Origin: Campylobacterales bacterium
GTDB taxonomy: Bacteria > Campylobacterota > Campylobacteria > Campylobacterales > QNZT01
Length of the DNA: 62,755 nucleotides
Reading direction: 5' to 3'
Assembly (NCBI GenBank): GCA_027068765.1
Contig: JAMOMC010000112.1
Location: 1-62,755 of the forward strand
Position 1 is the stretch's first letter. Every line of letters starts with the position of its first letter. The notes below the pieces were generated by a model. That model saw only the letters and a list, made by a program, of their open reading frames with translations. It searched no databases and was not told the DNA's origin. Positions 9,183 through 20,100 of the stretch are shown in pieces. The position numbers and the translations under genes were made by a program.

Positions 9183-12100
9183 TACTAAGCTTTGTTGCTA
9201 TTTTTTTAGCCTCTTTTAAATCCGTCTTACCGCTTCCAAGTTTTGGCATCTTGTCAAGTAGATAGTACTTACTAGGGATCATAAGTGGATTTAATTTAGA
9301 ATTTTTTATCAGCTTTTTTAACTCATCTTCATCTATCTCTCCATTATAAAGGAGTACCACTTTTTCACCCTTTTTTGCATCTGGAGCATTTGCTGCAACT
9401 ATATCAATATCATCAGGAAGTATATCTCGTATAGCCTCTTCAACAGCACCCAAAGAGATCATCTCTCCTGCAATTTTAGCAAACCTTGAGTATCTATCAA
9501 CTATGGTTAAAAAGCCGTCATTATCAACTCTTCCCTTATCTCCTGTGATATACCAGCGAATGCCATCTTTTTCTATAATTACTTCTTTAGTTTTTTTCTC
9601 ATCTTTTAAATAACCTTTCATAATTTGCATCCCACCACAAATTATCATACCCTCTTCACCAACAGGTAACTCTTCATAACTCTCAGGATCAACTATCTTG
9701 CAAGTGGATCCTGGAAAAGGCATTCCAACTGTTCCTACTTTTTGTCCGATTTGAAGGTTCCAATATTTTGTATTTAATGCATCTGGTATGTTTGCACTTA
9801 TTCCTGGTGTGGCTTCAGTAGCTCCGTAAGCTTCATAGATTTGGAGTCCAAATTTTTGTTTAAATCCTTCTCTTACATCTTTAGATACTTTTTCAGCCCC
9901 TCCGACTACAAAACGGATACTTTCAAACATATGAGGGATTAGTTTTCTATTTTTAGTGTAAATTCTAAAAAATGTAGATGTTCCAAAAAGAAGAGTTCCT
10001 CTAAATTTAGCTGTTAATTTTCCAACACCCTCTGCATCTGTTGGATCTGGTTGACAGATAAAAGGTACACCTTCTATAAGTGGTGCAAGAGTAGAGACGG
10101 TTAATCCAAATACATGAAAAGTTGGAAGTGTAGCCATGATGACATCATCATCTTTTAAATTTAATACATTGCAAAACTGTTTTACATTTCCCATAAAGTT
10201 TTTATGAGTTAACTCTATTCCTTTAGGCATTCCTTCACTTCCACTACTAAAGAGTATGGCAGCTACATCGTTTATATCACTCTTTTTAATCCACATCTTC
10301 TCTAATAAAAAAGCAGGCAAAAGTTTCATCAAAGCCCAATTTTTTAGAACATCTATCTTTTTAATATCTTGTTTGATATCTTCAACAAATACAACTTTAG
10401 CACTATCTAAAGCTTCATCTATATCTATTCCTTTGGCTTTTAGTTTTACTAAAAATTGTTTAGATGTGTAGATAGTTTTAATCTCTGCCATATTTATAGC
10501 ATGGATTAATGATTGGTTGTTTGATGTGTAGTTTAGGTTTACTACTGTTTTTCCAAGCATTAAAGTTGCCAAATTTATGATAGCGGCTCCAGCTGAGGTT
10601 GGCATTATGATTCCTACATTTTGCTCATCTTTTGAGTTTTGTTCAATTTTTTGTGAAAAGACTCTTACAACAGCTGCTAGTTTGTGATTGCTTAACTTCG
10701 TTCCTGTTGCATCTGCAACACTTAGTTTTTCTCCTTTTCTTTTTGCCATTTTAAGCCAAGCATTTGGAAGAGGTTTTAGAGTATCTATATATATGCTCCA
10801 AGCCTCTATCTGAAGCTCAAACATCACTTTTTTAAGCTCTATGGCTGTTGTGGAGCTTGGAAGAGCTTTTCCAAAAGTTACAGATACATCTCTTATCTGA
10901 CTTTTTACATTATCTTTTTGTTTTTTGTGAGCAAATGAAAATCTACTTCCCCAAAGACCGTGAATATAAAAAGGAATGATAGGGATATCACTATCTTTTA
11001 AAGCAAACTCAAACCCTTTAGCAAAAGCTCCTAAATGTCCATTTCTGCTTATTGCACCCTCAGGAAATATAGCTACAATTTTACCCTCATCAAGTTTAGA
11101 TCTTATATCTCTAAATGCTTCACGAGAAGCTTTTGAAGATATAGGAATTAGTCCAAAAAATTTAAATATAGGTTTTAAATACCACTTCTCATAAAAGCTT
11201 CTCTCTATCACGAAGCTAATTCGTCTAGGGCTAGCTATTGATACTATCATCCAGTCAATCCAACTAACATGATTTCCAAGAAGAAGAGCTGGACCATCTT
11301 TTGGGAAGTTTTTTAAACCATAAGTTGAAAACTTGTATCTAAAATTTGCAGCTAATTTAAAGATAAGACGAAGCAGAAATTGAGGCAAAGTTATAAAAGC
11401 ATAAATAGCACCAAGTATCATAACATAAACTAAAAGTGTAAAGATGCTAGAAGTAGAAACTTCAAAAATAGCTCCAAGCATAGTTAAAATTAAAAATATA
11501 AGCATTAAAAACATCTGAACAAAATTGCTTGTAGCCATTATACGACCAAGTTCATGTTCTTTTGCTCTATACTGGATTAAAGAGTTTAAGACAACTATCA
11601 AAAAACCACCAAATAGACCATAAGTAAAAAACTCAAATCCAAGCAGATAAAGAGATGAACTATTTGTTATAAATAAGATAGAAAGAGCTGCACCTGCAAC
11701 ACCGATAGGTAGTAGACCAGTTTCGATATAGTTTTTTGAAAGTTTCATTGTCAAAATTGAACCAACTGCTATACCAACTCCAGCCATTGCCATTATGCTT
11801 TGTGCTATTATTGTATTGTGTTCATCCGCAACATCTTTTAAATGTACACCAAAGATAGCCAAGATGACTTGTGTAACTGCATAAAAGATGGCAAGACCAA
11901 GAATACTCTCTAAAATAACTCTATTTGAAAAAGCTAGTGATAAATTCTCTTTTAGATAACCAAATCTTAAATACTTTTTTCTCTCAAATACAAGAGTTTT
12001 ATCACCTTCAACAGTTGATGGGATAATCTTTGTAAAGTGAACCTGTAAAGCAGCAAGTGCGATAAAAACCAGAGTAATTGGCCAGATATTTTCTAAAATC

Positions 12101-12627
12101 TCTCCACTTGCTAACTCTTTTGTATCGATAAACCACTCAAAAGCAAATGAGAATAAAACAGAACTAAGCAGAAGTGCGACTATAGTTACAGATTGCACTA
12201 TCGCATTTCCTTCAGTTAATCTATCTTTGCCAAATAACTCTTTTATAAGACCATATTTTGCAGGAGAAAATATAGCACTTTGAAAGGCTAAAATAAATGT
12301 CAAAAATAGTGCAATTTCAAATAATCCAAAAAAGTAGGAGATGGAGATAAATATAGTTATAACAAGTGCTAGTTTTGAGGATTGTTGTAAAATCCAATTT
12401 TTTCTATATCTATCACTTAAAAATCCAGCAGGTGTAAAAAACATCACAAATGGTAAAAGTATTAAGCCATTTACAAGGGCTGTTAACATTATTTGGGTTG
12501 AACCATCGTAGATTTTGAAAACTGTGTTTTGAAGTAAAATTTTATCTCCAAGATCAACAATTGTGTTTAGAAAAATAACTATAATGTACGGGAAAAGACC
12601 CCTTATATCTAGTAGTTTGTCGTTCAT
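9169..12627 (-). CDS. aas: MFS (LplT-like) + acyltransferase + acyl-ACP synthetase fusion (Aas)
   Basis: N-terminal 12-TM MFS; PlsC motifs NHVSWID and FPEG; adenylation motifs FSSGSEGMPKG, YGATE, TGDKG. Confidence 0.9.
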   Translation of the reverse strand: MNDKLLDIRGLFPYIIVIFLNTIVDLGDKILLQNTVFKIYDGSTQIMLTALVNGLILLPFVMFFTPAGFLSDRYRKNWILQQSSKLALVITIFISISYFFGLFEIALFLTFILAFQSAIFSPAKYGLIKELFGKDRLTEGNAIVQSVTIVALLLSSVLFSFAFEWFIDTKELASGEILENIWPITLVFIALAALQVHFTKIIPSTVEGDKTLVFERKKYLRFGYLKENLSLAFSNRVILESILGLAIFYAVTQVILAIFGVHLKDVADEHNTIIAQSIMAMAGVGIAVGSILTMKLSKNYIETGLLPIGVAGAALSILFITNSSSLYLLGFEFFTYGLFGGFLIVVLNSLIQYRAKEHELGRIMATSNFVQMFLMLIFLILTMLGAIFEVSTSSIFTLLVYVMILGAIYAFITLPQFLLRLIFKLAANFRYKFSTYGLKNFPKDGPALLLGNHVSWIDWMIVSIASPRRISFVIERSFYEKWYLKPIFKFFGLIPISSKASREAFRDIRSKLDEGKIVAIFPEGAISRNGHLGAFAKGFEFALKDSDIPIIPFYIHGLWGSRFSFAHKKQKDNVKSQIRDVSVTFGKALPSSTTAIELKKVMFELQIEAWSIYIDTLKPLPNAWLKMAKRKGEKLSVADATGTKLSNHKLAAVVRVFSQKIEQNSKDEQNVGIIMPTSAGAAIINLATLMLGKTVVNLNYTSNNQSLIHAINMAEIKTIYTSKQFLVKLKAKGIDIDEALDSAKVVFVEDIKQDIKKIDVLKNWALMKLLPAFLLEKMWIKKSDINDVAAILFSSGSEGMPKGIELTHKNFMGNVKQFCNVLNLKDDDVIMATLPTFHVFGLTVSTLAPLIEGVPFICQPDPTDAEGVGKLTAKFRGTLLFGTSTFFRIYTKNRKLIPHMFESIRFVVGGAEKVSKDVREGFKQKFGLQIYEAYGATEATPGISANIPDALNTKYWNLQIGQKVGTVGMPFPGSTCKIVDPESYEELPVGEEGMIICGGMQIMKGYLKDEKKTKEVIIEKDGIRWYITGDKGRVDNDGFLTIVDRYSRFAKIAGEMISLGAVEEAIRDILPDDIDIVAANAPDAKKGEKVVLLYNGEIDEDELKKLIKNSKLNPLMIPSKYYLLDKMPKLGSGKTDLKEAKKIATKLSSADG

Positions 12628-13184
12628 CTATTCTCCTTTGTATTTTTGATAACTCTTTTTTTATGCTCTTTTAAAGTCGCTTTATTTAAAATATAAGGTT
12701 TATAAGTTAATATAATATCAAAAAGTAGTTTATGAAGAAGATTTTTATCATTATTTGAGTTTTTTTCTAATAGTTTAGCTCCCATTTCGTACTCTAACTT
12801 AGCTAACTTTTTTGCAACTTTTGCATAAGTTTCAAAAACTTCTGCATCTATATTAAAGTTTTTAGCTCTTAGTTTGATATCTTCTATCTCTTCTTCTTTG
12901 TTTTTTCCATTTAGTGCTATTAGATAATTTATAACTCTTTTACTATCATTTTTAAAGTCGATTTTATTGTCATTGATGATAGATTTTATCTCTACAATTG
13001 TATAGTTTAAATGCTCTTGGAGGTATTTTATAAAGTTTATAATCTCTACAGAGTTTTCATCATAAAGATGCACATTTGGTTTTGGTTTTTTTGGGTGGGG
13101 TAAAAGTCCCTCTTTTATGTAAAAGAGGATTGTTGATTTTGAAGTGTTGCTTAGTTTTGTAAGCTCTGCCATTTTTATACTCAC
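12624..13184 (-). CDS. MerR-family transcriptional regulator
   Basis: N-terminal wHTH: KMAELTKLSNTSKSTILFYIKEGLLPHP. Confidence 0.8.
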   Translation of the reverse strand: MSIKMAELTKLSNTSKSTILFYIKEGLLPHPKKPKPNVHLYDENSVEIINFIKYLQEHLNYTIVEIKSIINDNKIDFKNDSKRVINYLIALNGKNKEEEIEDIKLRAKNFNIDAEVFETYAKVAKKLAKLEYEMGAKLLEKNSNNDKNLLHKLLFDIILTYKPYILNKATLKEHKKRVIKNTKENR

Positions 13185-13212
13185 GATAAATCCTTTTCAA
13201 ATAGTTAGAGGA

Positions 13213-13258
13213 AGTTTAGCATGAAAAAGCAAAAGTGTCAAGTGATACTTTGCACTTT
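13213..13258 (-). promoter_or_regulatory. Sigma70-type promoter (TTGACA-17 bp-TAAACT, TG-extended) overlapped by an imperfect palindrome, probable MerR operator
   Basis: Minus strand: -35 at 13241-13236, -10 at 13218-13213; inverted repeat AAAGTG..AAGT-GAT-ACTT..CACTTT at 13232-13258. Confidence 0.65.
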
Positions 13259-13266
13259 GTAAAAAA

Positions 13267-14379
13267 TTATATATCTACAATTACAAGACCTTCCCATCCA
13301 TCAGCTACATAAGCTTTATTTTCCTCGTTTGAGAGTGTAATGTTTTCTGCAAAACTTTTTGTATCTAAAGTGTTTAAAAGTTTTGGATGCCTAATTTTTG
13401 ATATATCAACAACTCTTATGCCAGACTCGTAATCTGAAATATAAGCATATTTACCACTCTTTGAGAGGGTGATATTTGTTGTTTTACTTTTCGTCTTAAG
13501 TGAAGAGATAATCTTTGGTGAGTAGATATTGTTCAAATCTATTATCTGTACACCCTCTTTGTCATCAGCGATAAAAGCATATTTAGCATCTTTTGAGATT
13601 GTAACACCTTGGGCATAACCTGGAGTATCGATTTTTGAGATTGTGTGTGGGTAGCTTATGTTTTGTATATTTATAATTTGAAGTCCAAAGGCTCCAGTTG
13701 CTATAAAAGCATATCTGTTATCATTAGAGATAGTTATAGCTTCTGCATAACCATCTGTTTTTAATGTTTTTAATATAATTGGATTTTTTTTATCTATTAA
13801 ATTTACAAGCATTATGCCAGCATCATCATTTGCCATAAACAAGATATTTCCACTTTTTGATAATGAGATGCTTTTTACTTCACTTGAAGTTTTTAAAGAG
13901 CCGATAATCTTTGCATCTTTTGGAGTTTTTATATCAACAACTTGTAAACCAAAATCTTTATCTGCTATAAAAATGTACTTCTCATCACTAGATATTGCAA
14001 GATTTAGTGCAGAGCCTGGAGTATCTACACTATGGATTATTTTACCACTTTTTAAATCTGCAATTTGCAAACCAGAACGAGAATCAGCTATATAAGCAAA
14101 GTTACCATTTTTTGAGACAATAACATCTTTTGCATATACAGAAGTGTTAATGGTAGAAGAGATAGTTGGCTCTAATAATATAGATACATCAGCAAATGTA
14201 AGCTCTTTCTTTGTAGAAGTTTTTTTCTCTTTAATTAAAATATCACTTATGAGTTTATAGGCATTTTTTATATCTGTTTCTTGATTAATATTTTTTTGAT
14301 GAGTAGCTTTATAGTCATCAGCTGTAAGAGTAAATGTTGTTAATAAAAGTGTAGCAATTAGTGGTAAAATCTGTTTCAT
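13267..14379 (-). CDS. Exported LVIVD-repeat beta-propeller protein
   Basis: Signal peptide; about seven ~43-aa repeats (YAYIAD..GLQI(V/I)D), ends GLVIVDI. Confidence 0.85.
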   Translation of the reverse strand: MKQILPLIATLLLTTFTLTADDYKATHQKNINQETDIKNAYKLISDILIKEKKTSTKKELTFADVSILLEPTISSTINTSVYAKDVIVSKNGNFAYIADSRSGLQIADLKSGKIIHSVDTPGSALNLAISSDEKYIFIADKDFGLQVVDIKTPKDAKIIGSLKTSSEVKSISLSKSGNILFMANDDAGIMLVNLIDKKNPIILKTLKTDGYAEAITISNDNRYAFIATGAFGLQIINIQNISYPHTISKIDTPGYAQGVTISKDAKYAFIADDKEGVQIIDLNNIYSPKIISSLKTKSKTTNITLSKSGKYAYISDYESGIRVVDISKIRHPKLLNTLDTKSFAENITLSNEENKAYVADGWEGLVIVDI

Positions 14380-14527
14380 TCTTTAATCCTTTCACTCATA
14401 ATCGGATATAAGCAAGATCTCTTTATATATTTGCAATAAAAAATTCACAAAAGCTAAAATCTTCAATTTTAAATTTTAATTTAGTTACCAAAGGGTACAC
14501 TTATCAAAAAAATTAAAAAGGTCGGGG

Positions 14528-16501
14528 ATGGGCATAAGAGATTTTACACTAACACAGGAGAATTTACTAAAACATAAAGAGATGGTTTTAGATACTATAA
14601 GTGAAAATAAAAAAGAGATACAGAGGTTATTAAAATTTGAAAATTTAACATATAAAAATTTCTTAACTCCATATCAAAAGTTATCACTTGAATTGGAGTT
14701 TTATTTTACTCCAATTTCACACTTAAATTATGTGAATAACTCAGATAAAACACAAGAGGTTTATAATGAGCTTCTTCCTGCTTTAACAGAGTATAGTACA
14801 GAGATTAGCCAAAATGAAGATATTTATAAAGCTTTTAAGCAGATACAAAAACAAGAGTCAAAAACTTTAAATAGTGAGCAAAATAAAGTTTTAAAAGATG
14901 CAATACAGTCTTTTGAATTAAGTGGAGTAGGGCTAGAGAAAACTAAAAAAGAGAGATTAGCCAAAATAAATCTAGAACTAAGTGATGCTACAACAAATTT
15001 TGCTCAAAATCTCTTAAAAGCGACAGATGCATATGAGATGATAGTTGAAGATTTTCAAGATGTAAAACAGATTCCAAAATCAGACTTAGAATCTGCAAAA
15101 GTTGAAATCGATGGGAAAGAAGTTTATAAGTTTACTCTACAACAACCTTCATTTATAGCCTTTATGACTTATAGTAAAAATAGAGAGTTAAAAGAGAGAT
15201 TATATAAAGCATATACAACAAGAGCACCAGAAAATTCACAGTTGATTGAAAATATTTTAGCTCTAAGAGATGAAGAGGCAAAGATTTTAGGATTTGAAAA
15301 CTTTGCTGAGCTTAGCCTTGCTCCTAAAATGGCACAAAAAGCAGCAGATGTGATAGAGTTTTTAGAAGATCTTGCAAAAAGTAGTAAAGTGCAAGCACAA
15401 AGAGAGTTTAAAACTCTCCTAGAATTTGCAAACTCCATAGGATTTGAAGGAGAGTTAGAGTCTTGGGATGTGGCATATTATAGTGAAAAGTTAAAGATAG
15501 CATCTTTAGATGTGGCTGATGAGGCTTATATGGCATATTTTGAAAAAGAGAGATCTATAAAAGGGTTATTTGATTTTACATACAAACTTTTAGGAATTAA
15601 ATTTAAATTAGCCAACACTCCAACTTGGCATAAAAGTGCATCTGCATATGATCTTTTTAAAGATGATGAGAAGATAGCTAGAATTTACATAGATTTAGAA
15701 GCTAGAAAAGGAAAGAGGGGAGGAGCTTGGATGAATGACTGGGTAACTCACCATATAGATAAAGATGAGAAGAAAGTACTTCCTGTTGCTTATATAGTTG
15801 CAAATTTTGCTCCAAGTGTTGGAGATAACCCTTCACTTTTAAGACCATCAGATGTTGTTACACTTTTTCATGAAATGGGTCATGCACTTCATCATATGTT
15901 AAGTCTTGTAAATGAGCCGTATGTAAGTGGTATAAATGGAGTTGAGTGGGATGCGGTTGAGTTTCCAAGTCAGTTTCTGGAAAACTTTGCTTATGAGAGT
16001 GAGGTTTTAAAGGATTTTGCTTTTCACTATGAGAATGGTGAAGTTTTGAGTGATGAGATGATAGAGAAGTTAAAAATCTCTAAAAACTTTGAATCCGCCC
16101 TTGGCATGATGCGACAAATTGAGTTTGCTCTTTTTGATATGAGAGTTCATATGGGAAAAAAATCTGCTTTAGATGTTCAAAATATATTGGATGATGTAAG
16201 AGAGAATTATGCTGTTATAAAACCACCAAAGTACAATAAATTTCAATGGGGGTTTGCTCATATATTTGCAGGTGGTTATAGTGCTGGATATTATAGTTAT
16301 AAATGGGCTGAGGTTTTGAGTGCGGATGCATTTTTTCAGTTTATTGATGAGGGTATATTTAGCCAGAGAATTTCAAAAAGATATTATGATGAGATTTTAG
16401 CAAAAGGTGGAAGCAGGAGTGCTATGGATAGTTTTATAGCTTTTAGTGGTAAAAAACCTGATAGTCAAGCACTCCTTAGACTTAACGGGATTAAAAGTTA
16501 A
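14528..16501 (+). CDS. prlC: M3 family oligopeptidase A
   Basis: HEMGHALH zincin motif, VEWDAVEFPSQFLEN, FAHIFAGGYSAGYYSYKWAEVLSAD. Confidence 0.93.
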   Translation: MGIRDFTLTQENLLKHKEMVLDTISENKKEIQRLLKFENLTYKNFLTPYQKLSLELEFYFTPISHLNYVNNSDKTQEVYNELLPALTEYSTEISQNEDIYKAFKQIQKQESKTLNSEQNKVLKDAIQSFELSGVGLEKTKKERLAKINLELSDATTNFAQNLLKATDAYEMIVEDFQDVKQIPKSDLESAKVEIDGKEVYKFTLQQPSFIAFMTYSKNRELKERLYKAYTTRAPENSQLIENILALRDEEAKILGFENFAELSLAPKMAQKAADVIEFLEDLAKSSKVQAQREFKTLLEFANSIGFEGELESWDVAYYSEKLKIASLDVADEAYMAYFEKERSIKGLFDFTYKLLGIKFKLANTPTWHKSASAYDLFKDDEKIARIYIDLEARKGKRGGAWMNDWVTHHIDKDEKKVLPVAYIVANFAPSVGDNPSLLRPSDVVTLFHEMGHALHHMLSLVNEPYVSGINGVEWDAVEFPSQFLENFAYESEVLKDFAFHYENGEVLSDEMIEKLKISKNFESALGMMRQIEFALFDMRVHMGKKSALDVQNILDDVRENYAVIKPPKYNKFQWGFAHIFAGGYSAGYYSYKWAEVLSADAFFQFIDEGIFSQRISKRYYDEILAKGGSRSAMDSFIAFSGKKPDSQALLRLNGIKS

Positions 16502-16580
16502 TATAGGAGTAGTTTTATCCTATATTAATTATTTTGTGCTAGAATCGCTTTGTGTGATTAAAAAAAATGAGGAGATAAAA

Positions 16581-16967
16581 ATGCCAAAGATTAATAGATA
16601 TGTAGATATAGATACTGTAGAGAGAGAGTCAAAAAAAGATTATATAGATAGACATTCACCGTTTATTCACTGTGAAGATAGTGCAAAAGCGGGTGAGATG
16701 TTTCAAGTAACTGTAAAAATGGGAAATGAGTATGCTCATCCTGATGATTTTGATCATTTTATTGCAAATATGTCACTTTTTAATGGTGAAGCACTGCTTG
16801 CAAGAGCTGATTTTTTACCTGGAGCTTTAGGAAATATTAAAGCACATGCAACTGTTACATTTCACATCGTTCCAACTGGAAGTAAGTTAAATCTTGTAGC
16901 TCAATCATACTGTACAAAACATGGTGTTTGGGAATCAACTCCTGTTGAAGTAAAAGTAACACAATAA
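16581..16967 (+). CDS. Class II SORL (superoxide-reductase-like, desulfoferrodoxin ferrous-iron domain) protein
   Basis: Probable start ATG 16581 after GAGGAG; DRHSP, HPDDFDHFI, YCTKHG ligand pattern. Confidence 0.8.
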   Translation: MPKINRYVDIDTVERESKKDYIDRHSPFIHCEDSAKAGEMFQVTVKMGNEYAHPDDFDHFIANMSLFNGEALLARADFLPGALGNIKAHATVTFHIVPTGSKLNLVAQSYCTKHGVWESTPVEVKVTQ

Positions 16968-16975
16968 GTTTTATT

Positions 16976-17010
16976 TTGCAATATTAGGGTTTTATAGCCC
17001 TTTATTGCAA
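16976..17010 (+). terminator. Imperfect hairpin, probable intrinsic terminator
   Basis: TTGCAATA..AGGG...CCCT..TATTGCAA just after the SORL stop codon. Confidence 0.5.
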
Positions 17011-17178
17011 CTTTCAAATGAATTTCAAATCTTCTTGCTATTGCTAATTTTTTATATTTATTAGATCGTAAAAAGTAAAATATTAACATTAAAGCAAATA
17101 ATACTTTACTTTTCTTTCTCAAAAGGTTATAATATTATCTAAAAACAGTATCTTTGTTTTTGGATAAAGGTTTTATAT

Positions 17179-20100
17179 TTGAAAAAATTATCTTTAATGT
17201 TGGTTTTTATCTCACAAACTCTTTTTGCAAATATCTATCATTTGAAAGTTTTAAGTGATAAAGTTCCAGACTTATCAAATATCGAAACTTTTGGTTCAAA
17301 CATTGGTGACAATTGGGAGAGTAACAACGAAAAAGCTATAATTTTGAGTTACTGGATTGACCAGCTTACGACATATTCTTCACCTTTATACTACTCAAGA
17401 CAGTGGAATGATCCTATCGCTTTTTTAAACAATACTGAGTTTGGAATGTGTAGTGATTTGACTCTTTTGATGAATGCAATGGGGGAGGGTGCTTTTGGAT
17501 TTACAGGTCGTCGTCATGAGCTTTCGTTTTTAAATGTACCAATTGATCATACTGTGCCTGAGATAGAGTATGATGGAGCTTTGCATTTTTTTGATCCGTC
17601 TTTTGGATTTGCTTATGGACATTATGACAATGGAGTTGTTACATCTTTGAAAGACTATGCCTTAAATCCATACTACTCAAGAAACAATACCCCAACAGCT
17701 TTAACAAGAGATAGTGATGGAGCTTCTTTTATCAAGGCTTGGCTTAGTATAGATCTGTTTGGTTGGTCGATTGATAGGTTTAGACATGATGAGTATTCGC
17801 CAGAGCTTACTTGGCAAGAGAAGAGAACTGAGGGTTATTATGGTGTTCATAGATTTGATATTAGTATAGAAGATTATGAGTATTATACTAGGTATTGGAG
17901 TCATCTTGATGGCTTGGCAGGTTTTAGTTCAAAAGACTTTTTTTGGCCAAATTATAACTATAATGATGTAAATGATTATACCTTAAATGACAATGACAAA
18001 TATAAAGCTCACCATAGAGGAAATGGGCTTTGGGTCTATGAGCCTGATTTAAAAGATGCTCTATCTTTTGAAACAAGTGAAAAAATTACTCTTACAAATG
18101 ATATGATTTATCCTACACAATTAGATGTAGAAGGCTTGGTTGTTTTTAAAGTTGATTCGGCAAACTTTGTAACTGGTGTTTTAATCGAAGCAGATATAAA
18201 GCGAGAAAACCCTGAAGATAGTATTATCATAGAAGCAAGCAGTAGTGGTGGAAATTTTTGGTTTCCTGTATGGGAAAATAAGGCTTTGGGAGATATAAAT
18301 ATAAAAGAGAATATCTCAGATATGATAAAAGGAACACTAAAAAGCCAAGATTTAAGGCATGTTACTGATTTTTTAGTTCGAGTTAGATTAAATACAAAAT
18401 CAAATCTAACAGCCGCTACTTTAAAATCTATGAAAATATCAACTGTAACAATGCTTGGAAAATCTTCACTTCCAAAACTGATGTTAGGAGAGAACGAAAT
18501 AACAGTAGCAAAAGCAAATAACCACTCTTCATATCAGACAAAAACATTTAATCCTGTTTTAACAAAATTAGAAAATGGTATAAATGATGAAATTTATTGG
18601 AGTGATATTGAGGCTTGGAAGCTTTATGTGAAAGATTATAAAAACTTAGAAGCATATGAAAATTATGGAAATTTATATACTGTTTTGGAGAAAAATCATT
18701 GGGAAAAAGGCTTTGTTACTTATGAGTTAGATGCACCAAGAGCTATCAAAAAAGCTAGGCTTGGAGGTTTATTTGTAGTAAAAGATAACCAAAAAGATAT
18801 GTTTAAAATCAAATATCGAGTGCATAATGGTAGCTGGAGTGAGTGGAGTGAGGTTGCAACTTATGATTTCTCTACAAGAAACAATAGAGATAAAAGAGAG
18901 AACCAATCCCACTTAGAAGCTTGGGATATTGAAGAGGAAAATGTTAAAAAAATAGAGTTTAAAGTAGAGGTTTTTAATTATGCTCATATCGAAGCACTTC
19001 ACATGGAGATTGATTATGAGGCTAAAGAAGTACCTTTTAAACCTCTATATATAACATATAATTGGAGTGAGTATTATGAGAATGAAGATGGGCATTTACC
19101 TCAAAATGAAGATGCAGGAATAACTAGAACATTTTCACAAAAAGTTGGTGAGTTACCATATAAATTTTCGATAAATATAGGTGGGGATATTCAGCCTCGT
19201 ATGAATTGGATAAGCATGCATCTTGAAGGAAATAAAGATCCAAAAAATTATGCTCCTATTGGTTACTTAGATGGTATTGATAAGGGAAATAGAGATTTTA
19301 TACCCATGATAAATTATGACATAGGAGATATTATCTCAATCAACAAATCAATTTTACTAAATCACTCTCCTTGGCATGGTGCAAAAAATCAGTTAGTTGA
19401 TGGGAGAATTATTGCAGGCTCTAAAAGTAGTAGAGGAAATGCTGGTGGTGGAAAAGTTGAGATACAAAATGATGAGGATGATATTGTAAAGTTTAGTAAA
19501 GGGGTTGGAGTAGTTGAGCTTGTGATAGATTTAGGTGAAGTTAAAAGTGTTGGTGGTGTTAGAGTTGACTCTTATAAAGATAGTTGGGATGCATATTTTC
19601 CTGAGTCTATTATCGTTGAGAGTGCTGTTAGTGATGATTTTATCTATAGATCAAGAGATGCATACAAAAGCGCAAAATATGCTCACAATCTATACCCTGT
19701 AGCTTGGTCACTTCCTAGAGATGCAACTTCAAGATACTTAGGTCGTTTTCCAAACTATGGACTATTATCAAATTATACTTTTATACCTTTTGATGAGAGA
19801 GTAGATGCAAGATATATCAAAATTAAAATCAAAGAGCAAAACCACTATGGAAGTGCAAAAGGCATCACACTCTCAGAAGTTCATGTTTATGATAAATTAA
19901 TAGCAAATCATTGGTTACCAAGATTAAAACATGCAAAACAAATAGTAGTAGAACCAAGTGTAGAAACTATAGAGTTAGAGGCAGAAGATGGAGTATTGTC
20001 ATCACCAATGTATGTAAAAAATAGTGCTACTGCATTTAATGGTAAATATATCACAAATGACAATGGAAGTGGTAGTGCTTTATATACATTTACACTTCAA

